From: Candidatus Cloacimonadota bacterium
GTDB lineage: Bacteria > Cloacimonadota > Cloacimonadia > Cloacimonadales > TCS61
DNA length: 64,000 bases
Reading direction: 5' to 3'
Assembly: GCA_030621085.1 (NCBI GenBank)
Contig: JAUXIJ010000004.1
Coordinates: 8,830-72,829, forward strand
Shown: piece after piece, positions 1 through 9,120 of the stretch
Numbering within the stretch: position 1 is the stretch's first letter
Layout of the letters: the number at the start of each line of letters is the position of its first letter
Made by a program: the position numbers and the translations under genes
The notes under the pieces: generated by a model
What the model was told of the DNA's origin: nothing
The model's input: only the letters and a program-made list of their open reading frames with translations
The model's database searches: none

Positions 1-2358
1 AACATTTCCGACAGATATTTCTGAAACTATGTTACCTGTTTGGTTCATAGGAATAAAGATGGGATCAGGATTTACAAATTCAGAAGTTATTATAAATATA
101 CCAGATGGATAATTCCCATTGCCTACTATTTCAAGTTTCCCATCATCATTCACATCCTCGATAACGATAGAAATGATTGAATCACAATCGACCTCCGTTG
201 TAGATATAATATTTCCTTCATTATCCCATATATAAATCATGTTTGTTATATCAACTGCTATTATCTCTTTATTACCATCTTCTGTTAAATCTGCAAAAGC
301 AATTTTAGCAGTTACAGGGTTATTTACTGTGCTCAATGAAGTAAAAGTGCCATTATCATATAAATAAATATTACCGTCAGTTCCATTTTCAAAAGAAGAA
401 CCAACAATCATTTCATCCAAACCATCATTATCAATGTCACCAATTGTCATTTCGGTTGTTATTTCTTCATTTTGTGATATTGGAACTGAAGCAAAAGGTG
501 ATGAAACCTGTGCCCTTACAGGAACAATGAAAGGATGTGATTGAGAATATGTTTCTCCATTTTGTTTTGTGATTTCAAGATGCAAGATTAATTCAACATC
601 TCTTAATGATGATCCAACTTCAGATATTGTTATACTCCCACTGTTTTCCACAATTTCATATTGATTTATTGTGCCCCAGCTTGCGCTATTTTCATTAATT
701 TCAATTTCATCAGTTTCGTCAGCTTCGATATAACCCGTAATGGAAAGATTAGGCTGCCACCAATTTTTCAAAGATATGTGTACTTCTACATTATCATTTG
801 CAAATTCAAGAAATGTAAGCCCATTATAAGTAATTTCCTGTGTGGTAATATTTGGGTGTGGATCATCCCATTCAGTTAAAGCACGATATGCATTAATTCT
901 ACCTGCACCTAATCTTCCAATATATTCCGGATTTGTAGATTCAATGTTATCTGCTGTACCATATAATATAGTTATCAAATCGTCATTATTCATCTGACCG
1001 CTAATGATTTCATCATAATACTTAGCTTTCAATAAAGCTAAAAGACTTGCAACAAAGGGCCCAGACATAGATGTGCCCTGACAGAAATCATAATAAGGTT
1101 CGGGTATTCCATTTGGTTCCCAACTACCAAATTGATACTTTGGAGGTGAAGTATTAGGAGGTAAAGGAGTTAGATAGTAACTTTTATAATTTGTATGTGT
1201 TGGTATTGTACTTAAAAAAGCTTCAGGAGAATGTGCATTTTCAATTGAGTAAATACCGGCACCTCCGGGTGCAGTAATTGTTACCCAGTCCGCATATGTA
1301 GAGTAAAATGCTTTTTCATCATACATATTAGAAGCAGCAACATTTATAACTCCCGGTCTGCTGGCAGGAGCATTTATCGATCCTGTCCAATCTGACCTAT
1401 GGTTTCCTGCAGAAGCTACTACAATACAATTATTATCATATGCCACAGCTAAAATTGAATCAATATATGCTATTAATGGATCCCCAGGATTAAATGGCCA
1501 TGGATATCCCCAGCTATTGTTAATAACATCAGCTCCATACTCAGCAGCCCAGAGCAGACCTTCTCCTGTGTTTGTAGCTCTACCGTAATTGTTGCCTGGA
1601 TTCCATCTAAAAACTTTTACCGGCAGGATCTTAATATTCGGATGCCAACCGCAAAGTGATGCTATTCCTTCATTATTATTACTGGTTGCTGCCACTATTC
1701 CTGCAACGTGCGTGCCGTGACCTTTATCGTCATAGGCAGGTAAAGGAAATCCTACTGGAGAAAACACATTATGACTTATGGGCTCTCCATTTTCATTCTT
1801 CATGATATTTTCTGTAAGATCTTGATGGATATCAAATTGCGTATGAGTAGAGTCGCAGATATCTACTCCGGTATCTACTACTGCTACAATAATCGTGTCA
1901 GGCGGATTACAATCGTGATCCCAGGCATCTTCTGCCTGTACAATATGAAGAGGCCATTGGTGTTCCTGGTAATATTCATCATTGGGAACTTCATAAAGTT
2001 CAACTTTGATATCCTTAAAAGCTTCAATAACATTTTCTTCTGACTCTGACTGGAAGTCTGATATGATCATATCAAGGTCTACTTCTTCAGGAAAATCACA
2101 AGTATAAATATTCTGGAAAAATTCTCTATCTGTAAAAGTAAATCTTCTTTTTAGTTCAGTAATTTGATACTGAATAGCCAATTCATTAAACCATTCCTGT
2201 TCTGTTTCGATGATCCCGTCTTCACGGATGGTAATTGTACTAAATTCATTCGTAACCTTGAACACTATTGTTCCGGGCACATAAGATTCATCTGCATTTG
2301 CAAATAAAGAGATAACAAATAAAACTAAAATAACTAAAACTACAATTTTCTTTTTCAT
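1..2358 (-). CDS. S8 (subtilisin-like) serine peptidase. The 5' end is complete and the C-terminus runs off the window start. It has a signal peptide, an I9-like propeptide, the catalytic domain and FG-GAP/VCBS-like repeats.
   Basis: Absent from the ORF track because there is no stop codon inside the window. My own translation from ATG at 2356-2358 (RBS GGAGG 8 nt upstream) gives MKKKIVVLVILVLFVISLFANADESYVPGTIVFKV.... Catalytic motifs are VAVVDTGVD, HGTHVAGIVAA and GTSMSGPFVA. Downstream repeats include GDIDNDGLDE and EDVNDDGKLE. Confidence 0.9.
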   Translation of the reverse strand, partial: MKKKIVVLVILVLFVISLFANADESYVPGTIVFKVTNEFSTITIREDGIIETEQEWFNELAIQYQITELKRRFTFTDREFFQNIYTCDFPEEVDLDMIISDFQSESEENVIEAFKDIKVELYEVPNDEYYQEHQWPLHIVQAEDAWDHDCNPPDTIIVAVVDTGVDICDSTHTQFDIHQDLTENIMKNENGEPISHNVFSPVGFPLPAYDDKGHGTHVAGIVAATSNNNEGIASLCGWHPNIKILPVKVFRWNPGNNYGRATNTGEGLLWAAEYGADVINNSWGYPWPFNPGDPLIAYIDSILAVAYDNNCIVVASAGNHRSDWTGSINAPASRPGVINVAASNMYDEKAFYSTYADWVTITAPGGAGIYSIENAHSPEAFLSTIPTHTNYKSYYLTPLPPNTSPPKYQFGSWEPNGIPEPYYDFCQGTSMSGPFVASLLALLKAKYYDEIISGQMNNDDLITILYGTADNIESTNPEYIGRLGAGRINAYRALTEWDDPHPNITTQEITYNGLTFLEFANDNVEVHISLKNWWQPNLSITGYIEADETDEIEINENSASWGTINQYEIVENSGSITISEVGSSLRDVELILHLEITKQNGETYSQSHPFIVPVRAQVSSPFASVPISQNEEITTEMTIGDIDNDGLDEMIVGSSFENGTDGNIYLYDNGTFTSLSTVNNPVTAKIAFADLTEDGNKEIIAVDITNMIYIWDNEGNIISTTEVDCDSIISIVIEDVNDDGKLEIVGNGNYPSGIFIITSEFVNPDPIFIPMNQTGNIVSEISVGNV

Positions 2359-2370
2359 GATAAAATCCTC

Positions 2371-3405
2371 CTATTTAATTAAAATCATTTTATTAAGTTT
2401 GGAACAAAAGTTATCTGATTTAATTCGATAAAAATAAACACCTGAGCAGAATTTTTCCGCATTCCAAATAACTAACGACTGTAATGAATTAATTGTTAAT
2501 TGCTCCACTTTTTGTCCCTTTATATTATAAATCTCAATAAAAGGGTTTTCGATATCAACGAGTAATTCATACTTGATAGTTGTTGATGGATTAAAAGGAT
2601 TGGGAAAGTTTGACAATGAAATCAGATTATTTTTAATAAAGTTAGTTTCTATAGAATTTGTTTCATTAGAAAAAAACAAATAAAGCGTTGGTTTTATTAC
2701 ATCGTAAGGATGTCCGCTTGAAGTCATAAATCCCACATTATCATAAAGATCATCCCAGTCGGTATCAATGCCATCGAAGTCTATTCTGTATTGGGTTTTA
2801 TCTCTGCTTAATTCATAATCTTGGATAACACTGGAAGTAACATCGAGATAGCGATAACCAACTTCACCACTTTCAGTCATTACTCCTATATTATGCTGAT
2901 ATGTGTAAGGATTGCCTGTATCTCCCTTTCCCCAGTCTCCCACATCCAATTCGCTGCCGTAATCTATGTGGCTTACAATACACCGGATTGTATCACCTCC
3001 GGGAACATCCCAAACCGGAAAATCCTGGGGATTGGTCTGATAAAATCCACTATTCCCTGTGCTGTAATGCTGATAGAGACGGACATAAACACTATCTACC
3101 TGGTAACCTTCCGGAATTTCCGGCAAGAAGAACGAAATGTAAGATCGACTGTATGAATTATTATCAGAATTAAGGGGAGGCGCTATTCCATTATCCCCAA
3201 TATCACCAGCGAACATATCATACATCCAATTATCTATAAAAAAAAACTGCCCTGATTGGCTAAAGCAAATTTGTCCATCCAGCAGCGGATCTGAGTAAAC
3301 GGAATCAATGATGGTGTCGGCAGAGAGAAAGGAAAAAGGTGAAAGGAGAAAGGTAAAAGAAAAAATTAAAATAACATGTTTCAATTTCATAGCTACCTCC
3401 TTCAA
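2371..3405 (-). CDS. Secreted T9SS-cargo protein, array paralog P1. The passenger domain resembles a DNRLRE/CBM96-like beta-sandwich by motif order only.
   Basis: Signal peptide, then ADTIIDSVYS. Family motifs are SYISFFLPEIPEGY..DSVYVRLYQ, GGDTIRCIVSHIDYG, GYRYLDVT and TQYRI. The C-terminal NFPNPFNPSTTI...IYNIKGQK...GVYFYRI...MILIK is a T9SS sorting-domain signature. RBS GGAGGTAGCTATG. Confidence 0.85.
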   Translation of the reverse strand: MKEVAMKLKHVILIFSFTFLLSPFSFLSADTIIDSVYSDPLLDGQICFSQSGQFFFIDNWMYDMFAGDIGDNGIAPPLNSDNNSYSRSYISFFLPEIPEGYQVDSVYVRLYQHYSTGNSGFYQTNPQDFPVWDVPGGDTIRCIVSHIDYGSELDVGDWGKGDTGNPYTYQHNIGVMTESGEVGYRYLDVTSSVIQDYELSRDKTQYRIDFDGIDTDWDDLYDNVGFMTSSGHPYDVIKPTLYLFFSNETNSIETNFIKNNLISLSNFPNPFNPSTTIKYELLVDIENPFIEIYNIKGQKVEQLTINSLQSLVIWNAEKFCSGVYFYRIKSDNFCSKLNKMILIK

Positions 3406-3473
3406 TATCTCAGAAGTTTTAATTTCATTTTGAATAGACCACTTAAACGTTTCTATTATGTATTTTTAAAGAG

Positions 3474-3773
3474 TCAAGAAAAAATTATATAAAGATTTAC
3501 ATCTTCAGGAAAATCACAGGTATAAATATTCTGAAAAAAATCTCTGTCTGTAAAAGTAAATCTTCTTTTTAATTCAGTAATTTGATACTGAATCGCCAAT
3601 TCATTAAACCATTCCTGTTCTGTTTCGATGATCCCGTCTTCACGGATGGTAATTGTACTAAATTCATTCGTAACCTTGAACACTAATGTTCCGGGCACAT
3701 AAGATTCATCTGCATTTGCTAATAATAGTGCAAATGCGTATAAAATGATTAAAGCTAAAATTGTTCTTTTCAT
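3474..3773 (-). CDS. Propeptide-only duplicate of the S8 peptidase 5' end (signal peptide plus I9-like propeptide, 99 aa). It is either a stand-alone inhibitor/chaperone-like ORF or a gene fragment.
   Basis: About 230 nt (roughly 3497-3718) are nearly identical to 2085-2305 inside the 1-2358 peptidase gene. The ORF keeps its own RBS (GGAGGAAAAGATG) and signal peptide, but ends just after ...CDFPEDV, before any catalytic domain. Confidence 0.5.
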   Translation of the reverse strand: MKRTILALIILYAFALLLANADESYVPGTLVFKVTNEFSTITIREDGIIETEQEWFNELAIQYQITELKRRFTFTDRDFFQNIYTCDFPEDVNLYIIFS

Positions 3774-3784
3774 CTTTTCCTCCT

Positions 3785-4795
3785 TTAATGAATTATAACA
3801 ATTTTTTTAATAACTGCCTGTTTACCATCAGAAGCTCTCATGAAGTAAATACCTGATGGTAGATTTTGGGTACTGAATTCAATTTCTTCTGTACATTTAA
3901 TATTACCATTGAAGATAGATCTTAATTTTTGTCCTTTAATATTGAAAATTCCAAGATTTATAAAGCATTCTTTTTTTATTGAGAGCAAGATCTTAACTGA
4001 ATTGGAAATTGGATTTGGAAAAATCTGATAAGTAAAATTTGAGTTCACTACAATACAATGATCATCTGTTGTGGTATCTTCATAGAAAGTGAAAAATAGT
4101 TGTGGTCGATGATAAGTAACCCATGAATTTGAAGTTTTGAAACCCACATTATCATAAAGATCATCCCAGTCCGTATCGATGCCATCAAAGGCAATTCTGT
4201 ATTGGGTTTTGTCTCTATTTATTTCATAATCCTGCAATACGCTGGAAGTTAAGTTTAGATAGCGGTAACCATCTTCGCCACTTTCAGTCATTACTCCTAT
4301 ATTATGCTGATATGTATTAGGATTACCTATATCTCCATTTTCCCAGTCTCCCACATCCAATTCGTTGCCGTAATCTATATGGCTTACAATACACCGGATT
4401 GTATCACCTCCGGTTACATCCCACACCGGGAAATCCTGGGGATCGGTCTGATAAAATCCACTATTCCCTGTGCTGTAATTTTGATAGAGACGGACATAAA
4501 CACTATCTACCTCGTAACCTTCCGGAATTTCCGGCAAGAAGAACGAAATGTAAGATCGGCTGTAGGAATTATTGTCAGAATTAAGGGGTGGCGCTATTCC
4601 ATTATCTCCAATATCTCCTGCTCCCATATCATACATCCAATTATTTACAAAAAATCCCTGATTCTGTTGGCTATATCCGATATAACCATCCAAAACTGGT
4701 GTAGCATAAACGCTGTCGATGATTGTGTCTGCTCTAACCGGATGAGATAAAATTATAAACAACAGAATTGTTAGAATCAGGCATAGGTTTTTCAT
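3785..4795 (-). CDS. Secreted T9SS-cargo protein, array paralog P2. It is closest to P1 but carries a different C-terminal sorting-domain subtype.
   Basis: The track ORF 3785-4831 begins MSGQIRRDKEGMMK. The first 12 codons translate the conserved leader. The likely start is the second ATG (4793-4795), 5 nt after GGAGG. The passenger is highly similar to P1 (GDIGDNGIAPPLNSDNNSYSRSYISFFLPEIPEGY). The CTD is IFPNPISNSV...IFNIKGQK...GIYFMRA...KKIVIIH. Confidence 0.85.
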   Translation of the reverse strand: MKNLCLILTILLFIILSHPVRADTIIDSVYATPVLDGYIGYSQQNQGFFVNNWMYDMGAGDIGDNGIAPPLNSDNNSYSRSYISFFLPEIPEGYEVDSVYVRLYQNYSTGNSGFYQTDPQDFPVWDVTGGDTIRCIVSHIDYGNELDVGDWENGDIGNPNTYQHNIGVMTESGEDGYRYLNLTSSVLQDYEINRDKTQYRIAFDGIDTDWDDLYDNVGFKTSNSWVTYHRPQLFFTFYEDTTTDDHCIVVNSNFTYQIFPNPISNSVKILLSIKKECFINLGIFNIKGQKLRSIFNGNIKCTEEIEFSTQNLPSGIYFMRASDGKQAVIKKIVIIH

Positions 4796-4800
4796 CATTC

Positions 4801-4858
4801 CCTCCTTGTCACGGCGTATCTGACCACTCACGAGTGGTACAGAGAAGTCGGACTATTT
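4801..4858 (-). promoter_or_regulatory. Conserved intercistronic leader element, copy 1 (P3 to P2 junction): previous stop codon, hairpin, then RBS.
   Basis: Minus-strand sequence is TAGTCCGACTTCTCTGTACCACTCGTGAGTGGTCAGATACGCCGTGACAAGGAGG. The inverted repeat ACCACTC/GAGTGGT lies at 4824-4839. The core is identical in the four copies. Confidence 0.55.
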
Positions 4859-5806
4859 TAACAGCAGGCATTTACCTGTTGCAGTTTGGATTCCGACTGT
4901 AATCTCATAAAGATAAATACCGGAAGACAAACCATCTGCATTCCAGATAATTGAATTATGAGCACTATTTAAGGAAAAGGTTTCAATTATTTGCCCTTTG
5001 ATATTATAGATCACAATCTCTGCATCCTTTGTGTCTCTACAAGAAATTTTAAATGAGATAGTAGTTTCCGGGTTGAAAGGATTAGGGTAATTGGATAAAT
5101 AAATCTGATTATCCGGTAATTGCTCATTTGAAATATTCGAATTTTCTTCAATTATATAAATTACATAAGGTTTTAAATCCATTGATGTATCCGATGTTTT
5201 AAAGAAAAGTGCATCTACATACTGATCTTCATCCATATCTATTGCAAGTCTCAAACGATACTGGGTAAATGGTCTTGCATTTTCAATGTCATCCAGAACA
5301 AATTCAGTAACTTCTATAGAACGCCATCCTACTTCCGGTGTATCACTGATAGTTCCTATAAAATGGAGCGGTGTCAGGAAAAAATCAGTTTCATCCAGAG
5401 TGTATCCATAATCAAGATGCTCGATAAAGCAGGGTGGCTCAAAAGTACCTGAAGCCATATCAAAGATAGGATAGTTCCCTACGATTCCATTACCTTCAGA
5501 CGCAAACTGATAAATATATATATATGATGAAGTCAGAGAATAACCTTCTGGTATTACAGGTAATTCAAACGCAAAAAAAGATCTGTTGAAGAAATAATCC
5601 CATAATATATTACTATAATAATCTCCCACAATTCCATAAGGTGAATTTGCTCCAATTCCGAAATAGCCTAATCCCGGGCTATGTGCGATAGTACCATCTA
5701 AATATGCTATGCTGTAAACAGTATCTATTATAGTTTCCTGCGCTGTTAATAATGAGAAATGAAAAATCATAATAATAAGTATAAGAAAAAAAAGTTTTAA
5801 TTTCAT
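4853..5806 (-). CDS. Secreted T9SS-cargo protein, array paralog P3 (the most divergent member).
   Basis: Signal peptide, then QETIIDTVYS. Motifs are NRSFFAFELPVIPEGY, FIEHLDYG, GWRSIEVTEFVL and TQYRLR. The CTD is NYPNPFNPETTISF...IYNIKGQ...GIYLYEI...TATGKCLLLK. Confidence 0.85.
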   Translation of the reverse strand: MKLKLFFLILIIMIFHFSLLTAQETIIDTVYSIAYLDGTIAHSPGLGYFGIGANSPYGIVGDYYSNILWDYFFNRSFFAFELPVIPEGYSLTSSYIYIYQFASEGNGIVGNYPIFDMASGTFEPPCFIEHLDYGYTLDETDFFLTPLHFIGTISDTPEVGWRSIEVTEFVLDDIENARPFTQYRLRLAIDMDEDQYVDALFFKTSDTSMDLKPYVIYIIEENSNISNEQLPDNQIYLSNYPNPFNPETTISFKISCRDTKDAEIVIYNIKGQIIETFSLNSAHNSIIWNADGLSSGIYLYEITVGIQTATGKCLLLK

Positions 5807-6012
5807 ACCTACCTCCAGAAAAAATAGTTTTAGTAAAAATTAAGAATATCTCAAGCTGTTTCAGTTTAGTTTTTCAAATCCAAGTTTCTAAATTCTATCA
5901 ATTATCCGATGACAATAGTTTTCTATATAATTTCTATCTCACACAATAAGCAAAATTTACTAATGGAAGTATTTGTCAAATTATTTTTCATTTTCATATT
6001 AATTATTGTGTT
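5807..6012 (-). repeat. Upstream (promoter-region-like) repeat, copy A, immediately 5' of P3.
   Basis: About 170 nt align with 10177-10350 (same orientation) and with 34590-34760 (inverted). An example is the shared string GATAAGAATTTAGAAAC(C/T)TGGATTTG(A/G)AAAACTAAACTGAAA. It ends directly at the P3 RBS. Confidence 0.7.
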
Positions 6013-6999
6013 TTATTTCAACAGCAGGCATTTGCCTGTTGCTGTTTGAATTCCGGTTTTTATCTTGTAAAAATATATGCCGGAACTTTGGTTTGATGCA
6101 TCCCAGATTACAGAGTATCTTCCTGCTGTCTGGATTTCATTTACGATAGTTTCGATCAATTGACCTTCTACATTGAATATTTGAAGCATAACATTTGAAT
6201 TCTGCGAAAGCTCATATTGTATTTTTGTTTCAGGATTAAAAGGGTTAGGGAAATTCTTACAGTTTAAATTATTAGTTTGAACCAAAACATTTTCTATTAC
6301 TAAACCATTAGATAAATAGAAAAATAGATTTGGCCAGTAGCTTTCTATCCAAGAATCTGCTGTAGAAAATGCTACAAAATCAGGATGATCATCCAAATCC
6401 GTATCTATTTGAAAAGAGATGCGATATTGTGTTAAAGTTCTTTCCTGTTGATAATCGTATAATATGCAATCTGTAACATCGAGATAACGGTATCCGTCTT
6501 CACCACTCTCTGTTACCGTTCCTGCATTGTGTGTGAAAGTATAAGGATTTCCGACATCTCCTTTTTCCCAGTCTCCAGGGTCTAATTCAAAACCATAATC
6601 GATATGATTTAAAATACATTTTATCGTATCTCCACCTGCTACGTTCCATACAGGGAAATACTGTGTAGGATATCCCCCAAGGGCATCGAACTGGTAGAGT
6701 CTCATCGATACACTATCAATCTCATATCCAGTAATTATTTCAGGTAATTCAAAAGATATAAATGCTCTTTTTGTCGAATTTGAGGGTGGAGAAACAGGTA
6801 TTGAACTATCTCCCAAATCTCCTGCTTTCATAGCGTATGTCCAAGCATTTAATGACCAAAACTGTCCGGTTGTAGTATAACACATATTACCATCTAATTC
6901 AGGTACGGAATAAACGCTGTCTATTATGGTATCTGCTCTAATCGGACGAGATAAAAAGAACAAAAGTAAAACCGATGCTATTAAGAGTATCTTTTTCAT
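6013..6999 (-). CDS. Secreted T9SS-cargo protein, array paralog P4.
   Basis: The track ORF 6013-7035 starts in the leader (MSGQIRRDKVEMMKK). The likely start is ATG 6997-6999. Family motifs are present. The CTD is NFPNPFNPETKI...IFNVEGQ...GIYFYKI...TATGKCLLLK. Confidence 0.85.
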   Translation of the reverse strand: MKKILLIASVLLLFFLSRPIRADTIIDSVYSVPELDGNMCYTTTGQFWSLNAWTYAMKAGDLGDSSIPVSPPSNSTKRAFISFELPEIITGYEIDSVSMRLYQFDALGGYPTQYFPVWNVAGGDTIKCILNHIDYGFELDPGDWEKGDVGNPYTFTHNAGTVTESGEDGYRYLDVTDCILYDYQQERTLTQYRISFQIDTDLDDHPDFVAFSTADSWIESYWPNLFFYLSNGLVIENVLVQTNNLNCKNFPNPFNPETKIQYELSQNSNVMLQIFNVEGQLIETIVNEIQTAGRYSVIWDASNQSSGIYFYKIKTGIQTATGKCLLLK

Positions 7000-7004
7000 C
7001 ATTT

Positions 7005-7062
7005 CCACCTTGTCACGGCGTATCTGACCACTCACGAGTGGTACAGCAAAGCCGGACTATTT
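7005..7062 (-). promoter_or_regulatory. Conserved intercistronic leader element, copy 2 (P5 to P4 junction).
   Basis: Same core as copy 1: TGTACCACTCGTGAGTGGTCAGATACGCCGTGACAAGGTGG. It begins at the P5 stop codon. Confidence 0.55.
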
Positions 7063-8064
7063 CATTATGATGATTTTTTTTGTAAAAACTTGATTATCTG
7101 TTTTTGCTTTTAGAAAATAAATTCCATTTGACAATTCTTTTGTATCAAAAAGAATTTCATTTTCTCCTCTTTCGATATTTCCTGTAAATACAGTTTGAAC
7201 TAACTGTCCTTTGATATTATATATTTTGATATTATATATTTTGACATTAATACTATACGTTTTTTTTGAGTATAACATAATTCTACAATTTTTTGATGTG
7301 GGGTTTGGATAAACTTGGAAATTAAAATCTGAGTAATTTAATAAATTATTGTTAACACCTAAATTATCTGATAAATAAAAAAATAATTGTGGTTTATGAG
7401 CATCAATTCCGGAATCTCCAGACTTAAATGCAACTAAATCCCAACAACTATCATTATCACTATCTATTTGAAAAGAGATACGGTATTGTGTTAATGATCT
7501 TTCCTGTTGATAATCGTATAATATGCAATCTGTAACATCGATATAACGGTATCCGTCTTCACTACTCTCTATTACAGTTCCTGCATTGTGCGTGAAAGTA
7601 TAGGGATTTCCGACATTTCCTTTTTCCCAATCTTCTTCGTCTAATTCATCACCATAATCAATGTGGCTTAGAATACATTTTATAGTATCTCCCCCTGGAA
7701 TATTCCATTCAGGAAAACCAAAACCTCCCAATTCTGATCCGTTACATATTGCTCTATTCTGGTATAAACGAATATACACACTGTCTAAATCACAATTTCC
7801 TGGTATTTGAGGTAATTCAAAGGATACAAATGATCGATTACATGAATTTGGTGGGGGTCCGGGTATTAACGGAACTCCAGTATCTCCTGATTGCATTTCA
7901 TAGGTAAAGTTATTCAGTAATTCCGGTTCTCCTTCCGGATTAAAAAGAATTGTTCCATCCAGTTCCGGCACGGAATAAACGCTGTCTATTATTGTGTCTG
8001 CAATAATTGGATGAGATAAAATTATAAAAAACAGAATTGAAAATATTAGGTAGAGTTTTTTCAT
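7057..8064 (-). CDS. Secreted T9SS-cargo protein, array paralog P5.
   Basis: The track ORF 7057-8100 starts in the leader. The likely start is ATG 8062-8064 (AAGGAG plus 6 nt). The N-terminal third is near-identical to P7 and the middle third to P4. The CTD is VYPNPTSKN...IYNIKIYNIKGQ...GIYFLKA...KKIIIMK. Confidence 0.85.
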   Translation of the reverse strand: MKKLYLIFSILFFIILSHPIIADTIIDSVYSVPELDGTILFNPEGEPELLNNFTYEMQSGDTGVPLIPGPPPNSCNRSFVSFELPQIPGNCDLDSVYIRLYQNRAICNGSELGGFGFPEWNIPGGDTIKCILSHIDYGDELDEEDWEKGNVGNPYTFTHNAGTVIESSEDGYRYIDVTDCILYDYQQERSLTQYRISFQIDSDNDSCWDLVAFKSGDSGIDAHKPQLFFYLSDNLGVNNNLLNYSDFNFQVYPNPTSKNCRIMLYSKKTYSINVKIYNIKIYNIKGQLVQTVFTGNIERGENEILFDTKELSNGIYFLKAKTDNQVFTKKIIIMK

Positions 8065-8070
8065 ATTAAT

Positions 8071-8127
8071 CTCCTTGTCACGGCGTATCTGACCACTCAC
8101 GAGTGGTACAGAGAAGCCGGACTATTT
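8071..8127 (-). promoter_or_regulatory. Conserved intercistronic leader element, copy 3 (P6 to P5 junction).
   Basis: Same core sequence and hairpin as copy 1. It begins at the P6 stop codon (8122-8124). Confidence 0.55.
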
Positions 8128-9114
8128 CAACAACAGGCATTTGCCTGTTGCTGTTTGAGTTCCGATATTTATACTGTAAAAATAAATCCCGGAACTCATA
8201 TCAGATGCATTCCAGATTACAGAGTATGTTCCTACTGTCTGGATTTCATTTAAGATAGTTTCAATCAATTGCCCTTTTACATTATATATTTGAATTAAAA
8301 TATACTCATCTTGTTCTAAAAAGTATTCAAAGGTTGTTTCAGGATTAAAAGGATTTGGAAAAATTCTACAATTCATACTATTTTTATTTTCTAAAACATT
8401 TCCTGTTCCCACACCATTAGATAAATAAAAAAATAGTTTTGGTATAGCATAATCAAATGTGCCATTTCCTGTTATAAACCCTACCTTATCCCAGAGAGAA
8501 TCCCCATCTGTATTTACTTCAAAAGATATACGATATTGGGTTAGTATTCTTCCTAAATCATAATCCTGCAATACACAATCGGTTACATCGAGGTAACGAT
8601 AGCCATCTTCACCGCTTTCCGTTATTGTTCCAACATTATGAGTATAAGTATAAGGATTACCAATACTACCTTTTTCCCAGTCTCCAAAATCAAGTTGAAA
8701 TCCGTAGTCAATGTGGCTCATAATGCATTTTATAGTATCCCCACCAGGAATATTCCACTCGGGAAAATCAAGACCGGTTACCCCATTATAATTACCACAA
8801 CTGGTATGTTGATATAATCGAACATATACACTATCTATCTGATAGCTCTCAGGGTACTCAGGTAATTCAAAAGATAGAAATGATCTTGTTGTAGAATTAA
8901 TTGGTTGAGCTGGAATCCAAGGTTCACCTGTATCTCCTATGATCATAGAATATGTCCAGTTATTCAGTGAATAAGGTAATCCTTCAGGTGTAAAACACAT
9001 ATCTCCATCCAATTCAGGAACAGCGTATACGCTATCGATTATTATGTCTGCTCTAATTGGATGAAATAAAATTATAAACAACAGAATTGTTAGAATCAGG
9101 CAAAGGTTTTTCAT
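8122..9114 (-). CDS. Secreted T9SS-cargo protein, array paralog P6.
   Basis: The track ORF 8122-9150 starts in the leader. The likely start is ATG 9112-9114. Its signal peptide is almost identical to that of P2. The middle third is close to P7 and the CTD is close to P4 (…TATGKCLLLK). Confidence 0.85.
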   Translation of the reverse strand: MKNLCLILTILLFIILFHPIRADIIIDSVYAVPELDGDMCFTPEGLPYSLNNWTYSMIIGDTGEPWIPAQPINSTTRSFLSFELPEYPESYQIDSVYVRLYQHTSCGNYNGVTGLDFPEWNIPGGDTIKCIMSHIDYGFQLDFGDWEKGSIGNPYTYTHNVGTITESGEDGYRYLDVTDCVLQDYDLGRILTQYRISFEVNTDGDSLWDKVGFITGNGTFDYAIPKLFFYLSNGVGTGNVLENKNSMNCRIFPNPFNPETTFEYFLEQDEYILIQIYNVKGQLIETILNEIQTVGTYSVIWNASDMSSGIYFYSINIGTQTATGKCLLLK

Positions 9115-9120
9115 CATTCC

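Noticed and set aside
661-2043. Plus-strand ORFs 661-879 and 1771-2043.
   Set aside because: Both lie antisense within the continuous minus-strand S8 peptidase frame and have low-complexity, hydrophobic translations. They are shadow ORFs.
2821-3173. Plus-strand ORFs 2821-3156, 2901-3173, 4304-4750 and 4399-4584, conserved between two loci.
   Set aside because: They lie antisense inside paralogs P1 and P2 and are conserved only because the sense genes are near-identical there. They have no RBS and their composition is odd. They are shadow ORFs.
4796-4831. The N-terminal extension MSGQIRRDKE(G/V/I)... at the start of four track ORFs (3785-4831, 6013-7035, 7057-8100, 8122-9150).
   Set aside because: These codons lie upstream of the Shine-Dalgarno sequence and precede a normal signal peptide that begins at the following Met. 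They are simply the conserved leader element being read in an open frame.
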